64,000 nt of DNA. Origin: Chrysomallon squamiferum. Its lineage: Eukaryota > Animalia > Mollusca. The translations under genes and the position numbers were made by a program. Below, piece after piece: positions 26,034 through 39,970 of the stretch. The notes under the pieces are model-generated. The model did no database searches. It was not told where the DNA came from and saw nothing but the letters and a program-made list of their open reading frames with translations. Where the stretch lies: positions 37,820,001 through 37,884,000 of the forward strand of contig CM022665.1 of assembly GCA_012295275.1 (NCBI GenBank), given 5' to 3'. How positions within the stretch are numbered: position 1 is the first letter of the stretch; each line of letters begins with the position of its first letter.

Positions 26034-28296
26034 ATACACAAAATGGTACAGTTACTGAGAGCATTTTGTGATAGGTTCAGCTTTAATTACACATAACAGA
26101 AGATGCAGCATAAACAAGATAGTGTTAAAACTGTTAAATATATGAGATTCTTCGTGTAAGATAGAACATTACTTTACTTTGTGTCATGATTTTGACTCTC
26201 AGCAGCAAACCACATAATCAAGTCTTTCCTGCATGGAAGTTCAGAAGACGACGAATATAACAGAGGCCTTGTTGAAAGTAATATATATGTGTATGTATAT
26301 ATATATATATATATATATATTACTTTCAACAAGGTCTCTCTTGTATATATGCATATTGATATTGTATGCATCCTAAATTTGATCAAACTGATTTCAGCAT
26401 ATAATTATCCCAGTGTGTGAGGTTGAAAGCAGATGTAAAATACAGGTCCTTATACTGAGAAATATTTATCTACCTGAAATTTATGTATTGTTTCTGAAAG
26501 AATGAGAACTAATTAATTGTGAATGTATGAGGCATTTATGACAAAAATAAAAACTGGCGAGGAAAACATATATCTAATCACACCAAGACAACATGATTTA
26601 ACAGGTTATGTATGAATGAGTGAAAGTATGCAGATATACTGAGGCTATTAACAAAACAAAACAAAAAAGATATTAAAAGCATTTGCCAAATCTTGCTGTC
26701 TCTAGTGTTAATGTAACAAGATTCCCATCATATTATCATATAATTATATAATTATTATTATTATTTATTTACTTATTGGAAAGAGATGTTTTATTTTTTA
26801 TTTTGCAGCTCTGAAATTTAAGACACATAGATTAAAACTGAAATTAAAGAAGATGCAACATGTTATTAATTCATATTGAATAGTAACTTCAGATAATATA
26901 TTACAAAGACTGGGTGAATGTGATTGTAGCAGCTACAGTCATGGAAATTCAAATTCCAAGTTTGTTTTGGGATATGTAATGTTGTGATGTTCTAAGTGCA
27001 ATTACAATTAGGCATATTACTTTGTTGGGTTTTTTTTAATGTTTTTTTTTACCATTCCAGAACATAATCAACTACTTGGATTTCTACTGCTCAGAAGTCA
27101 TTGTACGTTTGATTTTAATTTTTTTGTTTGTTTATAAGCATTAAATAATTTTGAACACTACATAAAATGTTTTGTTTTTATTTTGAATAACAGCATTTAA
27201 ACTGTTCCTCAGAAACTTTCACCTGGAAAGTAGCACCCCATCTGTACCAAATCCTGGATCTCATTCAGAAAATAATAAATGCTAAATACTGGTACTGTCA
27301 GTTGTTTTATTATCCACTGAATTTTGTACATAGTAAAATCTAGCATTTAAAAAGTATCAAAATATAAATATGTTGTAGTTGAAAATATAAAAAAGATTAA
27401 CAAAGAAAATATGTAGATTATGGAATGTTAGAAAAATAACTTCATAAAGATGTTTGTACTTATTTGATACCTATGCAAAAACATTACAATGTATGAGTCA
27501 TTCAAGTAGAAAACAGCATCTTTTGTCTACACTTCTTAAAGATTTGGACACCATGACTTAAAAAATGGACATTTGTTAAAATAATCAGTGTACACTAATA
27601 TTCCACAATATTGTTTCTAGGACATTTTTTTATGGTGAATTAATTTGACCAGCAATTTATACCTAAGAGCCAATTCTATAATGTGAAATGGAAATACTAA
27701 AATTAGTTAGTTTGATGTTTTTAGTTGTTAACTAAAAAACAAAAGAATACATGCAGGAATTCAGCTGATTTTTTTTAGGTTATTTTTTTGTGTCAAGCTT
27801 ATTTTAGGCATCCAACAATTTTAAATGGATAATGACACTTTTCATTCAGTGAAGTGTCTTTTAAAAGGTGAAATTACAAAAACAAAACTAAATATTTCCA
27901 AAAAAATTATTTTCTTCTTAAAGGACTGTTTTTTAATTAACACATTTTGAACTAAAGTTGGAAATCAAAATGAAAATTGCTTTAATATCCTGTATTATGA
28001 TTATTATTATTTTTTTGTAATAGATTAATTATACTGTTATTTAATTGCTGAGTGAAATCTCTTTGAAATATATTTTAACTTGTGTATTAATTATCTTCTA
28101 GCATATTCTTTTGAGAAAAAGTTTGCAACTTAATTACACTCTAACTCGGATAGTTCTAGTACAGACAGGATGACTACATTTCACTAAAAATTAAATTAAC
28201 CCTTTCTTAATTTGTAAAATTTATACTGATTATGAAAGAAAATATATTTTATATTTTTAGTTTTTTTTGGGTTTTTTTACTGCAATAAATAAATGT

Positions 28297-28457
28297 TTAT
28301 AGTTGAGATTTGGCTAGTAAAGTATCCGCTTCATTGTGAGACATTTCATTCATCTCCATCAGAATCTTGATCAGAATTTCTGGTAGCAAAACTTTCATGA
28401 TGTAGTCAAGATACTATAATAAAATGGAAAAAAAAAATTATCTCTATTTATAAACTT

Positions 28458-28511
<54 letters not shown>

Positions 28512-29268
28512 AATAATAGTAATAATAATAAAATTTCTAAACCAACGTGTCATCAAAATATAAAGTGAAATAATAACTGTATTATCTATGTTTAAAAAGT
28601 CTATTCACATCCATTGGATTATTTCAGAGTTGAAATGAAATTTTATCCTGTAAGCTAATTCGTCAATTCTTTCAAATTTTATTTGTAAAAAGGAATGTGA
28701 TCTGGAACTATTTCACTTTCTAACTGTATTTTAGGTTAATTGTAACAATATTATTTTTAATACAATGGATAGTCATAATTATTTATACACTACTCCTCCA
28801 GATTATATTGTAAGTTCATAGGCAAATGTTCTTAAAAGCTTTTCACAGTGTTTCTATTATTGCAGTATAAATAATAATCTGAAAATCTATACTTTATGGT
28901 GTTTCTTGCAAAATATGGACATGAGTGTTTCCATGACAACATCTTGTTGCTCTTCAGTAAATAATCCAAAATGAACAGAATAATTCAGGTTGGCTGAAAC
29001 AAAATTATCCAGTGGAAATTAATTTGCAGAAAACTTCAATAGCCATAATAACTTGAAATGAAACAACATACAGTATTAAGAAACTGTATGAAGACTTGAA
29101 TATTTGGATGTAAATCTGACTAAACTGCAAATTATAAAAATAGTTTTTTTCTTTTTTGTTGTTGTTTTTTTCTTCAGATATATCAAAGGAAATGAGTATC
29201 ATAGGTTTAATTTCAATTACAAGAAATATAATCCTTTGTTTACATTCAATGGCTCTGTAGATGTCCAT

Positions 29269-29344
<76 letters not shown>

Positions 29345-32300
29345 CTAGTGAAAATAAAAATATATTAAACAAAGAAAAGAAAGGTGTATACTAATTATTC
29401 ATATGTCGAAGTGTAAGAAGACTTTTTTTTATTTATAAAGAAATTATTAATTAAAAAAAATCATTAAAAACGACCTCTGGAACTTCCACCCTTCTTGTAT
29501 TCCTGATGTCTCCAACAAGACACCTGATAAAATAGACATTAAAATGTAATAAAATCTTCAGATAACAATGGTAATAGTCGTTATCAAAAAAAAAAAAAAA
29601 AATGAATTTAAATTTATTTATTTTACAGAACAACTCATTGAACATTTGATTTATTAATGATAAAAAAATAGATGAAAATTTCATAGAATATTTTCTATGG
29701 GTAAATTATACAACTCCATTTATAATTTACTGAACAATACAAGAAAAATTATTATTTCTACTGAAGTATAATTATTATTCTTATATTATCTAATTATATA
29801 AATATGAAAATGAACTATGTGTAATATACCTGTCCATTAAAGAGCGTTCTTAGGTATGGTTCGTAACTCAAAACAAGTCTTTCAAGATGTGCATTTTCTA
29901 TGTTTTCCACACTCCTAAAACAAAATTAATATAAAAAAAAAAAAATTAAATGTTAATATTAAACAATACATCAAAAAACCTATTAAATATGTTATATGGA
30001 ATGCATAACCATTTTCAACCTGTATTCACAAAAACTGAACGGAAATCAATCTACAGAGATATTTAAACCTTTGGACATAACAATAAAGGTACTGTGGCCT
30101 TAATATTTATTGGGTATCCAAGAACTTTTAAGTGATCACACCTTCAGAACTGAAATTAATCCAACAATATTGTTTTCAATTTAGCTGGATTTTGCAGAAG
30201 AAATGGAAGAATCTATATACATTTAAATAAAAGGACTGACTAAGTGTACAGTTAGCATGAACAAAATATCTATACTTGACATAAAAACATACTGAATACT
30301 TACTTTATTTGTTTAAGATTTTTAATTAGTTCGGTGAAATTAAAATCTGTCCCCAAACTAGAATTTGCTGCATTAACATCTGAGTCATTATTTACAGAAA
30401 TTTTGTGTTCTACTGTACTTATGAATGGACCACAACTCTCTTTCAACTGATCGCATTCAACATGAGTTTGGTCAATTTCTGGAAGTTCATCCACTTCATT
30501 TGACGGTTCAGGTACAGGACAAATCTCTGTCAGCCTTTTCTTCCAGCGATCACATTTTTTGAAAAATATTTCTGGTAACTTTTCATCATCCTCTTCTGAA
30601 ATTACATTCTGCTCATCATTTAAAGTGGAACTGTTATAGCAACAGTCTAGTGATTTCTTTATCTCTTTAAATTCTGATATGTCTGGCAAACTTTGAGGTT
30701 CCTGGAAATAGTTTGCATCAGTGTGTTTTTTTTTCTTCGGAACATTTTTCTGGTGACCCTGGAAAACATGGAATTTTTTTTCTTAGACTTTTCTTCTGAC
30801 CAGTTCATACCACTCTTTTCTGTCCAACAAATTCCTGCAGTTTTGAAAAACATGGAATGCTGAGACTTTTTTTACATCACTAGATGCTTTTGTTCTTCTT
30901 TAAAGAACTGTTATAGCAGTTTTCATCTCTTTAAATTCTGAACCGGCTTTTCCTGGAAATAGTTTGCATCAGTGTGTTTTTAACATTTTCTTGACAAGAA
31001 TCTTTTGTTCTTTCGACTCTGAACTTAAAAACATCTGTCTGCTTTTTTCATCACTAGACCTTCTGACCAGTTCATAGATATCCGTCTTGACAAGAATCTG
31101 ACTCTGAACTTTTATTCTCTAAATGCAGTTTTGTTGTTTTTTTTTAGAAAACATTGTGATTGTAGGTTCTGAGCTACTTGAAGTACCTGCAGAATTGTCA
31201 GAAATGCCCTTATCTTGTTCTGTAGTATTTAAAGTGGAACTGTTATAGCAACAGTCTAGTGATTTCTTTATCTCTTTAAATTCTGATATGTCTGGCAAAC
31301 TTTGAGGTTCCTGGAAATAGTTTGCATCAGTGTGTTTTTTAACATTTTCTGGTGACCCTGGAATGTAATTTTTGTTCTTTCGGACTCTACCACCTTTTGC
31401 CAACATACCTGCTGAAAAACATGGAATGTTAGACTTTTTTTCATCACTAGACTTTTCTTCTGACCAGTTCATAGAACCGCTTTGTCCGTCTTGACAAGAA
31501 TCTGACTCTGAACTTAAAACATCTGTCTGCTTGCTCCCACAATATATCTGACTTTTATTCTCTAAGTGCAGTTTTGTTGTTTTTTTAGAAAACATTGTGA
31601 TTGTAGGTTCTGAGCTACTTGAAGTACCTGCAGAATTGTCAGAAATGCCCTTATCTTGTTCTGTAGTATTTAAAGTGGAACTGTTATAGCAACAGTCTAG
31701 TGATTTCTTTATCTCTTTAAATTCTGATATGTCTGGCAAACTTTGAGGTTCCTGGAAATAGTTTGCATCAGTGTGTTTTTTAACATTTTCTGGTGACCCT
31801 GGAATGTAATTTTTGTTCTTTCGGACTCTACCACCTTTTGCCAACATACCTGCTGAAAAACATGGAATGTTAGACTTTTTTTCATCACTAGACTTTTCTT
31901 CTGACCAGTTCATAGAACCGCTTTGTCCGTCTTGACAAGAATCTGACTCTGAACTTAAAACATCTGTCTGCTTGCTCCCACAATATATCTGACTTTTATT
32001 CTCTAAGTGCAGTTTTGTTGTTTTTTTAGAAAACATTGTGATTGTAGGTTCTGAGCTACTTGAAGTACCTGCAGAATTGTTAGAAATGCCCTTATCTTGT
32101 TCTGTAGTATTTAATTCTGTGTGGATACCATCTGAAAAATCATGTCTATTTGGAGAGAAAAAGCCCCACCTACTTTCTGCACTGCTTGAATGACCTTTGT
32201 CTTCATCTGATACCGATGTTTCTGAATTACAATATTCAGTCCGATATTCATTTTTAGGACTTCTGGAACGGGAAAAGCACTTTTCTTCTGTTTTAGTAAC

Positions 32301-35300
32301 ATCTGATTTGGCTTCATTTAATGCGTTCATTTTGAGAACAGTAAACTGTTGATTCTGACTTTCAGAATAATCTGACTGCATTGAATAGTCATGCTCAGTG
32401 TTACAAACATTCAGTTTTTTATCCAGTGTTTGCTGAATTGGCTTACAATGTTCCCCATTAGATTTTGACACAGTTGGTCCCATTTTTCTCTTTTTAGTTT
32501 TGGATAGTTTAGGTCCACTCTTTTTTATTCTAAAAATTAAAAATATTAATAATAATCCATTAACATTTTTAAGTGTCTTTTTTAAATAAATACTATGCTA
32601 ACTGAAATAAAATTCCTCCTTAATGATTCTAAAATCTGAATTTTCACAAAACAAAACTTTACAATAATTAATGGTATTTGTTTCATAATAATGAATTTTA
32701 ATTTTTTTTTTGGGGGGGGTACGTTAAACATGTAATTACATTGCAAAATATTTTAACTGACTATAACTCAGTGGTATGCAGATTTGAATGAATATTTATC
32801 ATATTTTAATACAAACAAAACATTTGTTACCAATATGGCTGCATACAAGGAGAAAAAGGTATGTGCTTACAATACTTATAAATAGCATACATGCTTTTAA
32901 GTGTTCTTTTCCGTTTGGTACTTAAAGAATCTTCTGGTGCTGAAGTCGATGTACTTTCTATTGCTAAAGACTCTGTGGCTGCAGCAGCTTCATTACTGTT
33001 AAAACTTGATGTAGAAGGAAGATTAGGATCAGGAATATTAGGTGAAGTCTGCACAGGTGCCTTCTGGAAGTAATTACTAATGCTGACCCTCTGACTCTGC
33101 TGTGGCAGTAACTGCAAAAACAGCACCACCATTTAAATAAATACATAAAATATTACAGGAAATACAAATAATTCCTGAAAAGTTCAGAAAATTGCTGAAC
33201 TGAAAGTAATGTGGCTGAGTTGGTGACTGTCCAAGGAAAACCTAGACATCCACAGAGCCAATTAAGTGTCCATAGAAAGAGCAAACTGTAATATTAAGGG
33301 CATGCTTGTTTGCTGATTAGGCGATAACAGTGTAACTGAAATGACTTTTGCACCCAAATTTGCTCAGTTTTGGAGCAAATGTTCATAGTGTTTTGTAAGT
33401 GAAATTAAAAGACAGTGTTTAGATCTGTGTATGTGGATTTATTCAACCACATAAGTGCCACTGTGTTCACCTTTCAGGATGTGTATGCATGTGATATATT
33501 CCAGTCATATGTGAAATTTAATCTTGTGCTCAATGTGCACCTATTGAAAAACATTACAAACTATTGTTCCAATCCAGAATATATATATATATTTAATTTA
33601 ACACTGAATAAATGAATGCATTATCTTCACCTCAGTATTTATCAATATTTACTGGGCATCAAACATAAACATTTTGTGTAATGATTCTTTCTGAGAGAAA
33701 ATAAATAAGCAGTTATAAATGATTTTTTTTTATACACTGATTTTCAGTTATATATATATTACCTGGTTCATGTTTTGCTGTGATAAACTCTCCAGTGGGT
33801 AAGTGTAAACAACCAGTTTCTCACTGTGAAGAGTCAGGTTTCTGTACCTTGGTGTAGCTAAAACAAACAAAATAATAAAAAAATTATATATTAAAATATT
33901 CTAGAAAATCACTAATCTCAAATGCTGTTCTTTCAAATGTTGAAATACTGAAAAAATAATTTTTATTTTTTTAATGTTATCTTACATTTGATTATTTTAG
34001 AATGATTGATATCTAAACTCTCTCTTTGTAGTTAATCCTTTAAAATATATCTTTGGTGATACAAAGAAATGTTGTACAAATATATTATGTATATTTCAAA
34101 ATTATGTTTCATTAGCTTTTTGCCATTCTTTGTTAATTAGTAATGAAGTATAATAGTTAAAGAGTACACTTAAAAAATATCTGGGTGCTACCATTTTTTT
34201 TTGGTTGCAATATCATCATATACAGGGAAGAGAGATTTGCTCTAGTTTATTTCAGTCATGTCAGAAGAGATACAGTCGGTCTGTCTGGTACATAGTCATA
34301 TTACAATTCCAGTTGTGAAAGTGAAAAACAGTGACATTTATGTGCTTTGTAAAAGTATTATTTTGTCATAATTTGTTATTAATGATAGGCTGCTCAAGCC
34401 AAATAAACTAATACATTTTGAGTCCAAATAGAGACACTAAAACACCTTTATCATGGCATTATCAACAGCTGATAATTCATGTTTCTGATTTGTTTGCCCC
34501 TAAAATATGTATGCACTTGAATTTTTATGTATTTAAGTAACTGTCTAAAAGAATGCAATAAAATTACTTTCAGTATCATCACTAAAACTTTCAAAAATGT
34601 TAGTATCAGTTATTACAAGTATGAATTGTTATTTCAGAACAGTGAACCCTTAATTTGTTTGTTTACCATTTCCTTCATTGGAACTGTGTTTTTGAGACAA
34701 ATTAGATGGAAGTAAACAAAATTGATTGTCTTCTTTTTGCTTGAAAGAATAGCCAATACGAACCGTACTGCCTACAAAATAAATAAAATTAAAACATAAG
34801 TAAAATTTTTTTAAAAATCCATCCATGGAAAGTGATAAAAAAAAATTTCATCATTGCACGATCAATTTTACTCATAATGTCAGAAGAATCAACATCTATA
34901 AAATGTACCTTAATGTTGGGCAATGAAATTTATAAAGCAACAAATTCTATTCCTGAAAAAGGTATTTTTTATAGCATTATTACAGTCCCAGTGATACATA
35001 TCAAAGTTTATAACAAATGACTTTAACGATCAATGCATTCAATCAGTTTTCTTTTTCAAAAAAAGTAAAAATAAAAATAATAACAATAAATAAATCAAAT
35101 CAAATCAAGTTTAAAAAAAAAAAAAAATCTATTTAAATTTACCAGTTCTACTTTTTAGTTTACAACAGTTACATGAAACTTTTTATTTATTTATATATTT
35201 TTTCATTTTGGTGCATTCTTTTTAATGATTTGGTTTCCACAGATAATTTATTTATTGTTATTATTATTACTTATTTATTTATTTTATGCTTCTTTACATA

Positions 35301-36091
35301 AATCATTTTGTACTAAACTGCATTTTTATTTCAGAAGACAGCCATTCTACACACCTGTTAGTATTTCGCAGCTCGAACATTTTGCTGCATTTGAATCTTT
35401 GTTTTGTAGCGAAACTCGTTCTTGAATAACACCTTTCAGTAACTTTAAAATTTCCTATAAAATGCCAAAAGTCTTACTATTAGTATTACCCAACAAAAAA
35501 ACATGTCCATTGTCTCTACAGACAAATTATGGTACATATCTGAAATATTAGCACAAAAACTATATTATTTATTTTCATGGGTAAAAATATTTAGTTCTGA
35601 TATTTCTATCATTAATTGTCATATATTTTATGTGACATCAACTATATTACAATAGAGAAGAAATATGTATACATAACAGAAGTAATTTATGATCACATTA
35701 ATAATTAGGATTAACTGTTGTTTTAACAGCTTATTAGTTTCCTGTATAAACAACAAATATTTAACAACAAGTTTACTGAAACAGCTGGAGGGAAGATCAA
35801 CTCTTTCCAATGACATAAGAGGAAACCATAACTTCATTCGTTATTCATTATGCATTAGCTGCATTGGATTTTTCATATGCACCCTCCCACAGAAAAGAAT
35901 ACATGTATATTGATAAATGAGTCTTAGGCGACTGGCTGGAAAGGGAAAACGGCCTACTGTCAGGCTTGTGGTGTAATATGTGAGCCAGTAGCTATTACCT
36001 GGACATGCCTATCTTGAAACCATGATGTTGATGATGCGGATGGAACTTCAATGGGGTGAATTTCTACTTGTAACGCTCTCCATCTTGACAC
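28297..36091 (-). CDS. SLX4IP: SLX4-interacting protein homolog with internal tandem repeat and extra C-terminal domain; first exon unresolved; frameshifted in the assembly at ~30720-31145
   Basis: Minus-strand exons: 36091-35999 (ALQVEIHPIEVPSASSTSWFQD), 35454-35355 (EILKLLKGVIQERV), 34771-34667, 33857-33763 (LHSEKLVV), 33111-32891 (ISNYF...KRKRTLKS), 32529-30304, 29914-29830, 29523-29475, 28993-28893, 28413-28297. The N-terminal blocks parallel recalled human SLX4IP (AVLVDLH..TSWF, EVCLLLKETIDSRV, VSDYF, RRNALKEIVK). The gene sits head-to-head with MKKS, as in human. Confidence 0.8.
30620..32113 (-). repeat. Exonic 441-bp (147-aa) tandem repeat: two near-perfect copies plus a garbled segment
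   Basis: CTGAGCTACTTGAAGTACCTGCAG occurs at 31169, 31610 and 32051 (period 441). 30720-31140 is a deleted mosaic of the same unit. Confidence 0.95.
33390..33575. repeat. Dispersed repeat, related in inverted orientation to ~50755-50910
   Basis: Shared blocks GTATGTGGATTTATTCAAC, CAGTCATATGTGAAA, GTGCTCAA and GAAAAACATTACAAA, reverse-complemented in the ACP7 intron. Confidence 0.65.
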
Positions 36092-36280
36092 CTGAAACAA
36101 TTCTTACTCTTAAATCAAATGTCAAGTACAAATGAGTATGAAATATTTCTAATGATGGGGTTTAATAGATAAAATTTTAATCAGTCAATTTATAACTTAA
36201 TGATTGTTTGAAATTAATATTATACCAAGTGCTGTGATCTAATTTGGGAAAGTAAAAAAACGCATCGGTTTAAAATCTAT

Positions 36281-36372
36281 TATTTTTTTCAAATTTTTGT
36301 CGTTGCATTGCGTCAACAGAAATCCGTTATTTTTTTCAAATTTGTGTCGTTGCACTTCGTCAACAGAAATCC
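36281..36372. repeat. Two-copy ~48-bp tandem duplication
   Basis: TTTTTTCAAATTT.TGTCGTTGCA....GTCAACAGAAATCC occurs twice. Confidence 0.85.
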
Positions 36373-36449
36373 AATTTTGAATGGATATAAACAATAGTGA
36401 ATGATGTTTTACATGACTAGATGATAGAAATATTAAATTCAATTGTTTA

Positions 36450-37100
36450 AATAGCACATTCACAAACCCTGACATATAACGTTTTTACAATTTTCTTTTT
36501 TGGCATATTTGAACTGTTTTAACGTCCCGCTTTATAAGAATGAGTTATCTCCCTTAATAGATAGAGGGAGTGAAAATTGTTTATTTGCAACTGAAGAAAC
36601 ATTTATCAAATACGCAAATATTTTTAAAATTTACTGGCTTGTTTGTTTAATAAATAAACCTTTAATAAAAAGTGTAGTTTAAAAAAAATTGTTGTTGTTC
36701 AAATAGTAGTTTTAAACTATTTGCTGTTTTTAAAAACGACTGATAAAGGTAAATCCTATTCCACTCATGAAAAAATGAATAACACTTTTGTAAAATATCC
36801 GACCAATCACGTTTGTAGCTACAGCTGCAAGTACGGTACAAGGTTATATTTCATCAACTGAATAACAAGTGCTGTTAGAGGTCTCCGACCAAAAAGTATT
36901 TTGCATAGAGTGTTTGGTGTAAGTAAATTTAATTCGTAAAGATGAATTCATAACATTGTGATGCAGAAAGTCAGGTCTAAAGGCTAGTAAGTAGTAATAA
37001 ACTGAATAAACATATGATCATGATATTACAACTTACAGTGGCAGCAATTACGTGATCACGGTGATGTATAGTCGACTTACTGATAATCCTATATTGATGA
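36450..37100. promoter_or_regulatory. Putative bidirectional promoter region for SLX4IP (-) and the uMKKS/MKKS unit (+)
   Basis: Lies between divergent genes and is locally richer in CpG. CCAAT at ~36803. Plus-strand GTAAGT donors at ~36919 and ~36986 are candidates for the end of a non-coding first exon. Position is inferred only. Confidence 0.4.
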
Positions 37101-39970
37101 CAATAAATTAAAACGTTTGCATTAATTTAAGTATATTATTGTCAGTCTGCATGAAGTATAGTAATATCATAATGCTTAATGATTATGATTTAGAACTAGA
37201 ATATAATAAGTTCATAAAACTCAATGATAATAAGGTCATGACTCAAGTCACTCATGGTTACAGATATTCAGAAAGTATAGAATTAAAGTATTTATTTATT
37301 TATTTATTTAACAGCAATGATAAAAATTAGTGAAGCAATTTAATTTTTGAATATTTGAGAAATATGTTGGTTTATGTTCTTGGCAAGTCATGAATGTTTT
37401 AACCTTCTGATTTACAGTTACTATAGACTAGGTTACGTAGGTACTCCATAGTGATTTTCTGTTGGCGAAAACCACGATTGACTCCTAACTACAACTGTAG
37501 ATCTTTTTATTCTGATTCCACTGGGGAAGAAAACTAAAAGAAATAAAAAGAAAAGAAAAAAACTGAAGTTATCAGTGAAATAATTTCAAAGTTATATTTT
37601 TAAAGTATTTAATTTTTTGGTGCTGTTTTCAACAATTCAGGGCCCATTCTGATGCAAGATTCACTCTGACAAAGCTTATTTCATAATATGTTATACTATG
37701 TGTTACAAATATGCATTCAAATTTATTATTATTATTTTTTTTTATTTTTTGTACCTCTTCAAAATACATTTCCACTGATATATGAAGCCTAGGGCTGGTA
37801 AAAATTATTCATTTTCGCTAGGCCATTCACAATGTAAAAAAGTCAAATCTTTTAAAATTCACAACACTGCTTTTACTTGTACTACAAATGTAGCTTTTAT
37901 ACTGTAATAGGGCTGGCTTTTCAGTCTGTCAAAACTTGTACAATGTCAGTAATGTAATCAAACTGTACCATCACAAAATAATAAACAGTTTGGATTTCAG
38001 GCATTGTTAACCTGGTATTAGTTTAACTTAAACTCCAATCCACTATACATTTACTAGAAATTCATAAATCCAAAACAAAAGAATAAGTCATATAAAGATT
38101 TAAGATCTTTTATTTTATAAACTAAAAGTTAAAGAAAAACTAATTTTATATTTGAAACAAAAAGAATACAGTGTTAAAAACTTAACTGTTTGTTTTCAGT
38201 AGTCAGGAATTATTTTATACTGCTAGTATTATGAATATATTTTCAAAGTGAAAGTTCACAGATCCCACAATGTTTATCACTGATTGAACAGACAAATGAA
38301 CCACATTTCATCAGATTTTGACACAAGAATTAACAGATTAACAGTGTTTCATCAGACTTTACAATTCTTTTTTCATTGACTTCTTGTCAAACTTTGACAA
38401 CTTTCTGTTTGATGAACAGGTTTGTGTGGTGACTTCTAATCAGATTCTGACAATTGTCTGTTCTATGACATCTTGACAGACTCTGATGAAGAAATATATA
38501 CAAAAACCAAATGAAATATGTTTTGAAGTGTACACTATTGTGAAGAAAAGGTGTGTTCACCTCCCTTAAACATAAAGACCATTGTCTTCATATAATATGT
38601 CAAGAATTAACTGACAACTTGTTTATTACAACAACAAAAAAAGAAGAAAAAAAAACTACACAGCTGGACCAAGCCCTGTTTTGTAAAGCCAAAGGTCACT
38701 GATAAATTTTTTTTTTAGTTCTCATGAAAATACAATCTTGTTTTCAGAGTTTGGTGTCATCTAGCTGATACCCAGATTAATATCTGCAGAATCACATGAT
38801 GAAAACAAGTTGTTTGCACACTAATTAAACATAGTTTCATTTCAGTACTAATTGGAGTAAAAAGATGAAATACATTAGAAAATGTGAAATGTTAATCATT
38901 TGGAGAGGGGGGTCAACATTTTTTTCTCTGACAAGTTGCAGTTTTCGTAAGCATTATTGGTTGTAAAGGCTATATTAGTATATAATAATAAAGATGACTT
39001 GTACCATTTCCTCATGAGAGCATGGCTAAAAAAATGTCAAATGTAACATGTGACTCAATAAGGAAATTTGTCCTGAGTTATTATTTATTGTACATGTACT
39101 ACATGTAGTAAATTTTGAAGACTGTTTCATACATAATAAGCTTAAAGTTAAATTTCCAATATTTATTTGCAAGGCAGTGCCACAACAGCAGAAAAAATCA
39201 AATAAAAAGCTAAATGCAACTGAATAAATGATCATAAATGATAAGACTGTTTTTAGATCACAATATCCATTCAAAAACTAAAGTCACAAGACTGGATTTT
39301 TCACTTTTTGGGCCATCAGAATACACTGCTAAAACATTTCACAGATTTTGCGCAGATAGCCTCCAGTTATTGCTAACATTGTACCAAGAAGTAATGTAGA
39401 AGATTTATTAACCAGTCACACAATGTGTACATAACTGACTCCAGTATCATTTCATCCCATTTTTAATCACTGAAAAGAATTATCATTTTGATGAAACAAA
39501 GACATCAAACTGTTTGGCTGAATTTGTTTATAGGATGAAAGGTTGAAGAATTAACCCTGTGATTGTAAACAAAGTCATTTTTTCTACACACAGTCATAGA
39601 TTCTTAACAAACTGCGATTAAACACTTTCACAATACAAGGTAACATTCATGCAACAGACAGAAAGATATGACTTCAGATATTTCATTTATGCAGTATTAA
39701 TTGAGATAGTACCTCAAACAGAAGAGAAAAAAATCAAATGTTCCAAAGTCAGTAAAAACAGTTCAATATAATATGGCAAACCAAAAATACAGTTAATTGT
39801 TTCATGATTAGGTAGAGTGAAACAATTTCACATCAGATAACTTAACTAGATGTTTAAATGATGACATAGTTAGTCTTCCTTCCTAAATATTTAAATGTGA
39901 CTGTGCAGTCAGTAGTATATTGTATTTAAAATGTTTTTATTTAATTTTTGCAGATTGTTATGAGCTCAAA

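Noticed and set aside
31119-32483. 454-aa ORF as a standalone gene
   Set aside because: It is the interior of one large SLX4IP exon (acceptor at 32530); its stop results from a homopolymer frameshift.
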